From: Gammaproteobacteria bacterium | GTDB lineage: Bacteria; Pseudomonadota; Gammaproteobacteria; SZUA-229 | Reading direction: 5' to 3' | NCBI GenBank assembly: GCA_015488295.1 | Contig: WFOC01000121.1 | Location: forward strand, 7,580-71,579 | Length of the DNA stretch: 64,000 nt | Part shown: piece by piece, positions 37,075 through 46,301 of the stretch | How the letters are laid out: each line of letters opens with the position of its first letter | Numbering within the stretch: position 1 is the stretch's first letter | Translations under genes and position numbers: made by a program | The notes under the pieces: generated by a model | Databases searched by the model: none | What the model saw: only the letters and a program-made list of their open reading frames with translations | Told to the model about the DNA's origin: nothing

Positions 37075-37386
37075 TTATTGAAAGGCATTTTGCTGGTAGG
37101 AGTTGACTGCATGTCGCCCCTTTTTGAGGGATGCGATGTCATCGCCTGTGCTGTTTCTGGTTTTGAGTGTGATCGCTTCCAGTTTTTTATTGATGGCGAT
37201 AATTTTTCTTATTTTGTCGTCCATGTCCTGCACATTGTTTTGTTTGCTTGTGCCCGAGAACAGTTTTTCCAGCAGTGCACTGCGCTGTGCTTCAATATCA
37301 AAAACTTTTTTCCAGTTACCGGCTTCTGCATCTATCAGCATTTTTTTACTGTATTCGATGGCTTCATGTAATTGTTTAGCACTCAT
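37075..37386 (-). CDS. fliT: FliT-like flagellar chaperone
   Basis: 103 aa helical protein directly after fliS. The pattern AEAGNWKKVFDIEAQRSALLEKL is typical of FliT. Confidence 0.55.
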   Translation of the reverse strand: MSAKQLHEAIEYSKKMLIDAEAGNWKKVFDIEAQRSALLEKLFSGTSKQNNVQDMDDKIRKIIAINKKLEAITLKTRNSTGDDIASLKKGRHAVNSYQQNAFQ

Positions 37387-37415
37387 TTTTTAAAGTCTCT
37401 TTAAGCCGGGTTGCG

Positions 37416-37847
37416 TTATGATGCAACTGACAGGGTTGTGGAAGAAGAATTTTTCATTTCAGCAGGAATTGATTCCCAGCCAGCTTTTATTTCATGCAGC
37501 AGCTTTGATACTTCATCCAGAATGGTGACATCATTTTGCAGGTTTGAAGTTAACAAACGATGTTCGATGTATTCATACAGGTTATCCAGGTTGGTTGCTA
37601 TTTCGCCACCTGCTTCTTTGTTCAGGCTGGACCTCAAGCCACCGACGATAGCGATTGTCTGGCCGATAAGCTCTCCTTTTTTGGCGACATCCTTTCTTAT
37701 CATTAATCCCTTGACGATGGCTATTTTACTGATAGCACCTTCCAGCAACATCAGAACAAGTCGATGTGGGCTTGCTTCTGTTACACCACTAAATCGATCT
37801 ACCTGGTTGTAATGAGAGATATTATTACCCATCAACGAATTACCCAT
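37416..37847 (-). CDS. fliS: Flagellin-specific chaperone FliS
   Basis: 143 aa. ASPHRLVLMLLEGAISKI and NLDNLYEYIEHRLL motifs. Confidence 0.9.
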   Translation of the reverse strand: MGNSLMGNNISHYNQVDRFSGVTEASPHRLVLMLLEGAISKIAIVKGLMIRKDVAKKGELIGQTIAIVGGLRSSLNKEAGGEIATNLDNLYEYIEHRLLTSNLQNDVTILDEVSKLLHEIKAGWESIPAEMKNSSSTTLSVAS

Positions 37848-37925
37848 TATGTTTTCTCCGATTTTTATTAGTTATTTAAAAAATATGCACTATTTGATTT
37901 ATAAATACTGCAATTAAAGTGCTGA

Positions 37926-38330
37926 TCAGATGTATTCACTGAATATCTTGAGGTCAGCGCCTTCGTTTAACTTACGTGCAAATACCAGAGCTTCTTCATT
38001 GGGTATTTGCCGGATGACCTCGTTAGTTGCCAGGTCCATGATCTTTATCACAGTTTTACCGCTGTCTTCATCAATGTTGAATTTGATTTCATGCCGTACA
38101 ACCTGTTCATTTTCATTGATTTGCTGTATGGCTTTGTCGAGTACCTCACTGTTAACTGCCTGGGGTAACTCAACACCATGTTCAGAATTTCCCGTATTGC
38201 CGGGCAAGTTATTGCCGTCCTGACGGTGCGCCTGTACTGCTGAGATATTTTGCACGGCTGATACTTTTTCTACCTGGCCCTGCTTGATATCTGTTACATT
38301 GCTTTCATCACTGTTCATAACTATCATCAT
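37926..38330 (-). CDS. flaG: FlaG family protein
   Basis: 134 aa. C-terminal FNIDEDSGKTVIKIMDLATNEVIRQIPNEEALVFARKL. Confidence 0.85.
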   Translation of the reverse strand: MMIVMNSDESNVTDIKQGQVEKVSAVQNISAVQAHRQDGNNLPGNTGNSEHGVELPQAVNSEVLDKAIQQINENEQVVRHEIKFNIDEDSGKTVIKIMDLATNEVIRQIPNEEALVFARKLNEGADLKIFSEYI

Positions 38331-38450
38331 GATGTCACCTTCCTCTACTGATTTTAATCTTTAAAAATTGCCTTTCAGGCATGATTGCAAACGTTTAGGA
38401 ATTTGACGGTAATATCTTAATTGCTGTGATATTTACCACTTCTAATTATT

Positions 38451-38477
38451 TTATCGACAAACTAAAAACGAACTTTA
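38451..38477 (-). promoter_or_regulatory. Sigma28-type promoter upstream of flaG
   Basis: Minus-strand reading TAAAGTTC-N11-GTCGATAA. This implies a leader of about 110 nt. Confidence 0.55.
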
Positions 38478-38526
38478 GGGTTTATTGTTTTTCGCTTGAT
38501 GGTTTTCTTTTGTTCATTCAAGGCTT

Positions 38527-39891
38527 TTAATTCTGGTTAACAGATGGCAGGTTATCCAGTTGCTGTGTCAGAAAATCGCCGGTACTTTTCAGCTGTGCGA
38601 CCAGAATATCCATCGCCGTGAACTGTGCGGTTAAACGTGCTTCCAGAGAAGCCATGCGCCGATCCAGCGCATCTCGTTTATCATCAATGCCGTCCAGCCG
38701 GCTCTGTAAGCCATCACTGCGGACATCGATGATGCCGTTATCCTCAACATAACCGGAGATGGCTGAAGAGAAATTTTTTGCGATGCCATCTGGTGAGGAA
38801 AAGAACTGTTTAACATCAGACAGATTGTTGGCGATATTTGCATCTAATGCGGCATCATCAATAGTCAGGCTGCCGCCATCACCCAGGGTGATACCCAAAG
38901 ATGACAGGCTTGAAAAGTTGCCGGGGATGACACTTGATCTTGCCTGTCGCAGACTGCCTTCGATACCCCGAACCACGGAGTCACCATTCAACGGGCCGGC
39001 AACATTGGTAGAGATGTCATAATTAGACAAGCCTTTCATGACCCCCACCAGATTATTGTAACTTGTTACAAAACTCTGGATGTCATTTTTGATTTTCTGT
39101 GTATCAGATGTTACGGATAAGGTTTCCTGTACGCCCACTTGTGCACTTGCCAGGTTAAAAGTAACGCCTGAAATAACATCGGAAAAACTGTTACTGCTGC
39201 GGGTGACTGTTTGTGAGTCGACTTTGATGATGGCATCAGAGGCCGCCTGCAGGGTTTGTAAATTTACCGAATCAAGCCTGGTCAGGTCAAAGCCGTCTGC
39301 CGGTGCATCATCGACTGCAGCAATGCTGATATTGTTACTGGCCCCCACTTCATTTGAGGTCAGGATCAATTGTGTGCCTGTATCTACAGAAATTAATGAA
39401 GCGCTTATGCCGGGGTTGTCCGCTGCTGCATTAATTGCATCGCGTATGCCTGCCAGTGTGTTGTTACTGCTGTCAATGGTCAGCTGAAAACTGTTTGCTC
39501 CCAGAGATAAATCCAGCGTGCCTGTGCCCATTACTTCGCTGCCTGAACTAAAGTCAGCAGATCGAAGTTTTTCAGCCTGTGCCAGTTGTACAACTTCAAT
39601 ACTGTAACTGCCGGCGACGGCGGTATTATCGGTACTTGCTGTAAATACACTATCATTGCTGGAGCGGCTGGTAAAAGCCTGAAATGTGGTGGCATCTTCA
39701 AGTTTTGCTGCGCTTGCCTCAAATGTCGACAGTGCGCCTTTTAAAGTGCCGAATGCGGATAGCTCGGACCCCAGATCAGTTTCCTGGCTGTTTAAACGTG
39801 CATTAACCGGTTCGGCTTCTGCGGCAACTAATTGAGATACTAATCCAGCAGTATCCAGTCCTGAACCGATTCCACCTGCAGTAATTGGCAT
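38527..39891 (-). CDS. fliD: Flagellar filament cap protein FliD
   Basis: 454 aa. N-terminal GIGSGLDTAGLVSQLVAAE and C-terminal FTAMDILVAQLKSTGDFL. Confidence 0.95.
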   Translation of the reverse strand: MPITAGGIGSGLDTAGLVSQLVAAEAEPVNARLNSQETDLGSELSAFGTLKGALSTFEASAAKLEDATTFQAFTSRSSNDSVFTASTDNTAVAGSYSIEVVQLAQAEKLRSADFSSGSEVMGTGTLDLSLGANSFQLTIDSSNNTLAGIRDAINAAADNPGISASLISVDTGTQLILTSNEVGASNNISIAAVDDAPADGFDLTRLDSVNLQTLQAASDAIIKVDSQTVTRSSNSFSDVISGVTFNLASAQVGVQETLSVTSDTQKIKNDIQSFVTSYNNLVGVMKGLSNYDISTNVAGPLNGDSVVRGIEGSLRQARSSVIPGNFSSLSSLGITLGDGGSLTIDDAALDANIANNLSDVKQFFSSPDGIAKNFSSAISGYVEDNGIIDVRSDGLQSRLDGIDDKRDALDRRMASLEARLTAQFTAMDILVAQLKSTGDFLTQQLDNLPSVNQN

Positions 39892-39975
39892 AGTTTTACC
39901 CTCTCGCTATTTATTAAATTCATGCTGTTTGCACGTCTGTTTTTGCGGTTTAATTCTCCGGTTTAACTAAACCGC

Positions 39976-40006
39976 AAAAACTCTGGCAGTTTTAAGGCTG
40001 CCAGAG
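39976..40006 (-). terminator. Rho-independent terminator after fliC
   Basis: Minus-strand CTCTGGCAG-ccttaaaa-CTGCCAGAG followed by TTTTTG. It is nested with a second 13-14 bp hairpin (39939..39981). Confidence 0.6.
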
Positions 40007-40073
40007 CTTGTCAAAAGTCCATTATGACCATAGTCAGGCAAGCCTGTTAAAGCTGCCTGACCATCTCCATTAT

Positions 40074-41210
40074 TTACCGAAGTAAACTTAATACGTTCTG
40101 TGGTACCTGGTTTGCCTGAGCCAGCATTGCAGTACCTGCCTGTTGCAGAATCTGGTTACGGGACAGGCTTGCTGTTTCAGCAGCAAAGTCAGCATCACGG
40201 ATTCGACCACGAGCCGCACTGGTATTTTCAGAGTTAATCGCCAGGTTTGAAACAACACTTTCGAAACGTGTTTGAATTGCACCAAGATCAGCACGTGCAG
40301 TATTAACTGCTTCCAGAGCTGCATCCATAGTGCCAATTGCTGTGTTTGCACCAGCGACTGTAGAAAGATCAAGCGTTGAAAAGCCAGTTGTCGTTGCTGT
40401 TGCTGTTGTCGCAGCTGTTAAACCAGTTGTTGTGGTATCTGCTGAAAGGCCAGCAAAGGCAACGGTTATCGCATTGGTTGATGTTAATGAGACCGTTGTT
40501 GAAGTATCATTTGTCGCGTAAACACCTGTCTGGTCGGAAACCGAGTTAATCGCATCACGTATGCTTCCAGCACGTTCAACCGCTGAAGTATCTGCCGCAA
40601 TTCCGCCTACTGAAACACCATTGATTGTAAGGTCACCAGCTGTAATAGCAGTAAATGAGGTAGCCGCAACGCCGGTTACACCAGCAGATGTTGTAGTACC
40701 CAGAGCGGTTGACTGTGCATTAACGATACTGTTTACAGAAATGGTTTCACCGCTGTTAGCGCCAACCTGAAAGGTCTGGTTGGTAAAACTACCATCGAGC
40801 AGCTTAACGCCGTTAAAGTTAGTTTGTGTTGCAACACGGTCGATTTCACTTTTCAGCTGTTGTGCCTCTGCATCCAGTGCAGCACGGTCTGAAGCGCTGT
40901 TGGTGGCGTTGGCAGACTGTACAGCCAGCTCACGAATACGTTGCAGTGCACTACTGACACTGTCCAGTGAACCCTCAGCTGTCTGAGCCAGTGATACACC
41001 GTCATTTGCGTTACGCATAGCCACGTTCATACCACGGATCTGGGTAGTCATTCTTTCAGAAATAGCCAGGCCAGCCGCGTCATCTTTTGCGCTGTTGATA
41101 CGCAGACCAGATGACAAACGTTGCAGTGACGTGGAAAGATCCATTGATGAAGAGTTCAGGTTACGCTGAGCATTCAGTGAGGACACATTGGTATTGATTG
41201 TTAAAGCCAT
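40074..41210 (-). CDS. fliC: Flagellin
   Basis: 378 aa. [19 protein letters not shown]...[19 protein letters not shown] and C-terminal [24 protein letters not shown]. The central region is Thr/Ser/Ala-rich. Confidence 0.95.
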   Translation of the reverse strand: MALTINTNVSSLNAQRNLNSSSMDLSTSLQRLSSGLRINSAKDDAAGLAISERMTTQIRGMNVAMRNANDGVSLAQTAEGSLDSVSSALQRIRELAVQSANATNSASDRAALDAEAQQLKSEIDRVATQTNFNGVKLLDGSFTNQTFQVGANSGETISVNSIVNAQSTALGTTTSAGVTGVAATSFTAITAGDLTINGVSVGGIAADTSAVERAGSIRDAINSVSDQTGVYATNDTSTTVSLTSTNAITVAFAGLSADTTTTGLTAATTATATTTGFSTLDLSTVAGANTAIGTMDAALEAVNTARADLGAIQTRFESVVSNLAINSENTSAARGRIRDADFAAETASLSRNQILQQAGTAMLAQANQVPQNVLSLLR

Positions 41211-41275
41211 GTTAATTCTCCGATAGAGTGAGCAGATATACGACCGACATGGTGTATTTACTGCTTCTGGTATCC

Positions 41276-41302
41276 TTAACGACCATCACTTGAATAACTT
41301 TA
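41276..41302 (-). promoter_or_regulatory. Sigma28-type promoter of fliC
   Basis: Minus-strand reading TAAAGTTA-N11-GTCGTTAA, about 65 nt upstream of the ATG. Confidence 0.55.
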
Positions 41303-41366
41303 ATATCTTTTTTCATTATTTTTGATGAATGCATCAGCGTTTAATCAATAGCAGGAAAATGGCCGG

Positions 41367-42920
41367 CTATCGTGCGTTTATGACCTTTGTTGTGCCATCG
41401 GAAACACCCGGCAAGGTCAAACCCTTTATCAGATCATGGGCATACTTTCTGTAGTTTCTCCAGTGCCTGGCGGGTGACTTATATATATTGTGTTTGCGCT
41501 GTATGCTGTTTTTTGCATCGGTTTTCCGGGCGCTGGCGAAATTCTCGATATATTCCGGCTGCCATGCCAGGTCAACAAAATCGAACAGCTGACGGCTGAT
41601 TTTATCGGGTGCCTTTACCATCTCATCATAATTTACAGTGTGAATATCGATGGGTAATACCTTGTTCCAGTGTGCCATCAACCGCTCATATTGCTGGTAA
41701 TACAGAGCGATGTTTTTCTGGTCATAGGAATAGCGGTTATCGACGGAAAAATTCTTGAAATAATTCGACAGGCAGATATCCAGCGGATTAGCAATGCAGT
41801 GTATGATTCTGGCTTTTGGAAACAGCAGTGAAATCAAGCCAAGATGCAAAAAGTTTGCTGGTTTTCTATCTGTGATACGTGCCGGGATTTTGCAATCATT
41901 ATTCAGCGCCATGGCGTTAACCTGATTAAGATAGCTTTTTGAAAAATCAGATAGCAGTTCTTCATTGAGATCTTCCAGAGACACCTGCCCAGCCGGACTG
42001 CCTTCTGCTGTAAGGTCTAACTTCTGCGCGATTTGTTCAATCAGGTCAAGCTCACCTGCTGCATAGATGTCATTGTGATTTGCCAGCAAGCGGTCGACAG
42101 AGCTGATGCCAGACTGTGGCATTCCGACAATAAAGACAGGCTGGGATGAGTTGTTTAAAACAAAAGCTTTTTGCTGCTCAAAAAAATCTGGTGAGAAAGT
42201 CCGGATGATTCCTGAAATATAGTCAACATGTCTGTCAGCATCAAAAGCGGCAACTTTCGAGATGTTGGCCACGGCATAATTAGCAAAGGCCTCATCATAT
42301 TTTTCCGAAACATCATAGACCGCGCCCAGAGAAAAATAAAAGCTGCAGCGAACTTCCAGCGGCAGGTTCGGCTTCAACAGATAGTTTTCAACTATGTTGA
42401 TATTTTCAGTGGTGACTGAGCGAGCATCCAGTTTAACCATGCCCTGAAAATTTCTGGGATCAGCCGGGTTGAGCTCAAAGGCAGAGCGATAATGATTCAG
42501 TGCCGCATCTGTATCATTGAGCTGCATATACAGGCGCGCTAACTCACCATGGACTTCGCCATTGTTTTTGTCAGTGTCCAGGATATAACTGTAATGCTGT
42601 ATTGCTTTTTTGTAATCAGACAGCCTGGTATAAACCATGGCAAGGTTTTTATTTACTGTTGCATGATTTGGCTGAGTAGTATGGGCGGCATTAAAAAATT
42701 CTGAGGCAAGTACCAGCATGCCGGCATTGAGGGCGATGACACCCAGTCCGTTCAGGGCATGGATGTTTTCCGGTGCCAGCTCCAGAACTTTCTGGTACAG
42801 AAAATTTGCCTGCTCAAGCTGATTCTTTTCCTGATAATCGAGTGCATCTGCAAGTAATTTTTTTATGGCATTTTTAGTGTTGTTATTTGCGTGCTGTGTT
42901 TTCTTTTTGGCTGTATTCAT
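41367..42920 (-). CDS. TPR-repeat protein fused to a sulfotransferase-family domain
   Basis: 517 aa. N-terminal TPR-like repeats (about aa 25-160). C-terminal FIVGMPQSGISS (5-prime-PSB-like loop, aa 263-274) and IIHCIANPLDICLSNY (3-prime-PB-like, aa 372-387). Only 33 bp after flgL. Confidence 0.7.
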   Translation of the reverse strand: MNTAKKKTQHANNNTKNAIKKLLADALDYQEKNQLEQANFLYQKVLELAPENIHALNGLGVIALNAGMLVLASEFFNAAHTTQPNHATVNKNLAMVYTRLSDYKKAIQHYSYILDTDKNNGEVHGELARLYMQLNDTDAALNHYRSAFELNPADPRNFQGMVKLDARSVTTENINIVENYLLKPNLPLEVRCSFYFSLGAVYDVSEKYDEAFANYAVANISKVAAFDADRHVDYISGIIRTFSPDFFEQQKAFVLNNSSQPVFIVGMPQSGISSVDRLLANHNDIYAAGELDLIEQIAQKLDLTAEGSPAGQVSLEDLNEELLSDFSKSYLNQVNAMALNNDCKIPARITDRKPANFLHLGLISLLFPKARIIHCIANPLDICLSNYFKNFSVDNRYSYDQKNIALYYQQYERLMAHWNKVLPIDIHTVNYDEMVKAPDKISRQLFDFVDLAWQPEYIENFASARKTDAKNSIQRKHNIYKSPARHWRNYRKYAHDLIKGLTLPGVSDGTTKVINAR

Positions 42921-42953
42921 AGTATGACCTTATTATTTTTTTGCTAATGATTT

Positions 42954-43856
42954 TTAAAGGTAATTAAACAATGATAATCCCTGTACTTTTACGAAGGACT
43001 GTTGCGATGCCTGCAGGGCAAGTAATTGTCTTTCAAAACGGCTGACAGCTTCGGCGTAATCCAGATCTTCCAGGCTGGAGCGATTTTCCTGAAGTAGCAG
43101 GGAAAAACTGTCGTTGGCGCTTTTCTGGTTTTCAATGGTGTTTAATCTGGCACCGACGGAGGCACGGGTATCAAGAACAGAATCCAGTGCTGAATCAATA
43201 CGTGCCAGTGTTGTTGTTGAAGGTGTATTAGATTCAAGATCGATGACAAAATCATAGAGCGCACTAAACATGCTGTCGACACCGCCGGCACCATCATCTA
43301 CTTTCATGAAAACATCATTGCCTGAGTCACCGATAGCAACCTGTCGTCGGGCACCAATCTGTAAATTACGTTGACCCTGGTCTCCTTCATAGGTGAAGTT
43401 GCCTGCGCCATCATCGGTAAAAGGAATGGTGTCGGTTTTAAAGCCGGCAAACAGGTATTCACCGGTGGCATCCGTGCTGTTTGCCAGTTGCACCAGAGCT
43501 TCAATACTTTCCCGTACCTCGAAGGCAATGCTCTGTCGGTCGGATGCATTGAGTGTGTCGTTGTTTGCCTGCACAGAAAGTTCGCGGGTGCGCTGTAATA
43601 TGTCACCGACTTCGGTGAGCACGGCCTCCTCCATGTACAGCCGGGAATTGGCGAAATCGGCATTCCGCTGATACTGGTCGTTGGTTTCAATCACATTGTT
43701 CAGATTCAGAATGCGCGTTGCCGCCGCAGGATCATCACTGGGTGACAGATTGTTTTTACCAACTGAAAGCTGCATCTGTGTTTTAGCCAGGTCTGTTTGC
43801 TGGCTCTGCATGGCAGTGACAGATTGCTGAAATATTTGTGATGTTGAGAGTCGCAT
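42954..43856 (-). CDS. flgL: Hook-filament junction protein FlgL
   Basis: 300 aa with flagellin-like N- and C-termini. Synteny after flgK. Confidence 0.9.
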   Translation of the reverse strand: MRLSTSQIFQQSVTAMQSQQTDLAKTQMQLSVGKNNLSPSDDPAAATRILNLNNVIETNDQYQRNADFANSRLYMEEAVLTEVGDILQRTRELSVQANNDTLNASDRQSIAFEVRESIEALVQLANSTDATGEYLFAGFKTDTIPFTDDGAGNFTYEGDQGQRNLQIGARRQVAIGDSGNDVFMKVDDGAGGVDSMFSALYDFVIDLESNTPSTTTLARIDSALDSVLDTRASVGARLNTIENQKSANDSFSLLLQENRSSLEDLDYAEAVSRFERQLLALQASQQSFVKVQGLSLFNYL

Positions 43857-43869
43857 TTTACTTACCTAC

Positions 43870-45840
43870 TTATCGTCTAACGGCGTTGAGTAATATATCG
43901 AACATATCATTGGCTACGGTGATGACCTGGGCGGCGGCCTGATAAGCCTGTTGATAGCGCACCAGGTTTGCCGCCTCCTCGTCCAGATTGACACCGGAAA
44001 TGGATTCACGGGTAGCAATAGCCTGGTCGAGAACCCGGCTTTGTGCCAGTGCATTGAGTTCAGCCTGTTTTGTATCCGAGCCGACATCGGCAACCAGTGT
44101 GTTGTAACTGTCGGCAATGGTGGCGGTGCCACTGGCCATTAATTTCAGGTTTGCAGTGGCTGATAACAGCAGTGCATTTCGATTATCGCCAACACCACCG
44201 GTGTTGTATTCGGTGCTGAATTCATCGCCCGCAGCCGGTGCGCCATTCAGGCTGACGCTGTAGCCATAATCCAGACCGCCGGGGGTGGGGAAAACTTCAC
44301 CGCCGGTTGCCGGGTTGTAAGCAATGCCGGCTTCCAGCAAAACCGGGCTTGCCGGATTGCTGTTATCAAAAACATCGTAGCTGGTGGCGCTATTGAACCT
44401 GACCAGCACGGGCGGTGTTAACTGCCCTGCGGTGGTTTGAAATGCAGCATTGTTGATGTCGGTAACAACACCGGCACTGATTGCCCCGGTGCCGGTATTG
44501 GCGTTTGCTGCTGAGCTTCTTATCGGCGCAGCAGCGGCAATCTGGCGATTGTTTGCCAGCGTCATTTGTATGTCGTTTGCACCGCTGCGTGTTGGCCGAA
44601 TAATGTAGGCATCACCATTTGCTGGTGGCACACCGATTTCAAAGCTGAGACCATCAGCAATGAAAGGGTCTGCCGCGGTGCCGGTGCCGGTCATGGTTAC
44701 GATCTGATTGGTGTCGTTGCGGGTTAGCTGCCAGGCGCTGCCGTTGTAGCGCATGGTATAGTCATTATTGGTTAGCTGTGAAATATCATTGAAAGCAACA
44801 GATACGTTTCCGGGTGTGCCGGACAGTGTGAGCGCCTGTGGCTGTGCTACGCTGAAAAAGTCCACGCCCAGTGCGCCATCCAGATCCATGCCCTGATTCT
44901 GCTGCAGATTAATATAGTTACCCAGGTTGATAGCGGTCAGGCCCAGGCTGTTGCTGGCCGGGTCAAGCATGCGGTCACGAAATGATAACAGGCCACCGAT
45001 TTTTCCACCGGAAAGCTGCTCGGTGACTGGAACCTGTATGCCGCCACTTCCTTTGATAGCAATACCAAGCTGATTCGGGTCACTGGCTTCGATATAAACT
45101 TCCAGGGTGGAGGCTTTGTTGCCGACGACCATTACCTGCCCGGTGCCAGCCATGACATTTATCGAACCATCATCCTGGGTCACGGTTGTGACGGATACCA
45201 GTTCTGACAGGTCGCGTATTAATGTGTCACGCTGGTCAAGCAGGTCATTTGCCGGTTGCCCGCCCGAACGCCCCTGCTGTATAACGATGGATTCATTAAG
45301 ATTGGCAATGGCATTATTGATGCGGTTTATTTCAGAAACACTGCTACGGATATCATTGTTTACCTGACCACGCACACTGTTCATCCAGGAAGCCAGTTGA
45401 TTAAACTGCCCGGATAAATTATCACCCTGTCTTAATAGCACTTCACGGGCTGCCGGGTCGGATGGTGTATCGGCGACATCCTGCATGGCATTAAAAAAGT
45501 CCTGCATGGAATTGGAAATGCCGGCATCCGGGTCGGCCAGCACATTATCAAGCTGTGTAGCCAGCGCCTGAAAGGTTTCAAACTCTTTGGCGGATGATGT
45601 TGTGTTGCGAATGCTGCCTTCAATAAAAGCATCAAATGAGCGTGTGATGCTTGTTGTCTGCACACCGGATCCGGCAAAACCATAACCCGTTGGTTGTGGA
45701 ATCTGCGATGATAATTCGACACGCTGTTTACTGTAACCTTCGGTATTTACATTTGAAATATTGTTGCCAATGGTATTTAGTGAACGCTGGAATGCCTGCA
45801 AACCAGAACTACCAATACTTAATAAACTACTGCCTGCCAT
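43870..45840 (-). CDS. flgK: Hook-filament junction protein FlgK
   Basis: 656 aa. N-terminal GSSGLQAFQRSLNTIGNNISNVNTEGYS and C-terminal EEAANLVRYQQAYQAAAQV. Confidence 0.95.
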   Translation of the reverse strand: MAGSSLLSIGSSGLQAFQRSLNTIGNNISNVNTEGYSKQRVELSSQIPQPTGYGFAGSGVQTTSITRSFDAFIEGSIRNTTSSAKEFETFQALATQLDNVLADPDAGISNSMQDFFNAMQDVADTPSDPAAREVLLRQGDNLSGQFNQLASWMNSVRGQVNNDIRSSVSEINRINNAIANLNESIVIQQGRSGGQPANDLLDQRDTLIRDLSELVSVTTVTQDDGSINVMAGTGQVMVVGNKASTLEVYIEASDPNQLGIAIKGSGGIQVPVTEQLSGGKIGGLLSFRDRMLDPASNSLGLTAINLGNYINLQQNQGMDLDGALGVDFFSVAQPQALTLSGTPGNVSVAFNDISQLTNNDYTMRYNGSAWQLTRNDTNQIVTMTGTGTAADPFIADGLSFEIGVPPANGDAYIIRPTRSGANDIQMTLANNRQIAAAAPIRSSAANANTGTGAISAGVVTDINNAAFQTTAGQLTPPVLVRFNSATSYDVFDNSNPASPVLLEAGIAYNPATGGEVFPTPGGLDYGYSVSLNGAPAAGDEFSTEYNTGGVGDNRNALLLSATANLKLMASGTATIADSYNTLVADVGSDTKQAELNALAQSRVLDQAIATRESISGVNLDEEAANLVRYQQAYQAAAQVITVANDMFDILLNAVRR

Positions 45841-45845
45841 GATAA

Positions 45846-46286
45846 TTATTCCTGTTCACTCATAAGTTTTGTTTGTGTCGGGGTGTTTGAAAGCTCGATC
45901 TGTTTGCGAATTAATGCAAGGTTGTCTGCCGCTTTCTGTTTTTCCAGATTCTGTTGCTGGCTACCTCCCATGTCTCTTTCCAGCAGGTCAGCGATTCCAA
46001 GACCACCATTTTTGTTGTTGGCTAGATCCAGGGCGATTTGTTTGTCAAACATTTCCTGATAAAAACGGGTTTGATCTGATTCCTGAGAATCGCCTGTGGT
46101 GGTTGCATCGCGCATTGATTTCAGCATCATCTGTAAAAACAGGGTTTCAAACTGCTTGGCGACTTCTTTAGTCGCCTGCTTTGATTCCGTTGAATTTTCA
46201 GGGCCGGAAACTTTTGCGCGCAGTTTTTGCAGACCATTGAAGTCTGTATAAAGTCCAGCGTCAGAAATGCTTTGTGTGCTATTCAT
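45846..46286 (-). CDS. flgJ: FlgJ, rod-binding domain only (no muramidase domain)
   Basis: 146 aa. AKQFETLFLQMMLKSMR motif. flgK starts 6 nt after its stop, leaving no room for a glucosaminidase domain. Confidence 0.85.
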   Translation of the reverse strand: MNSTQSISDAGLYTDFNGLQKLRAKVSGPENSTESKQATKEVAKQFETLFLQMMLKSMRDATTTGDSQESDQTRFYQEMFDKQIALDLANNKNGGLGIADLLERDMGGSQQQNLEKQKAADNLALIRKQIELSNTPTQTKLMSEQE

Positions 46287-46301
46287 ATCAGTTCAGTTAA
46301 A

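Noticed and set aside
39981-40006. A TGGCAG...GCTGCC sequence that at first glance resembles a plus-strand sigma54 element.
   Set aside because: There is no TTGC -12 element and no plus-strand gene downstream. The sequence is the stem of the fliC terminator.
40320-40335. A sigma54-like element (TGGCACTATGGATGCA, minus strand) inside the fliC coding sequence.
   Set aside because: It is located about 430 nt upstream of fliD, with the fliC terminator in between. It is most likely a chance match in coding DNA.
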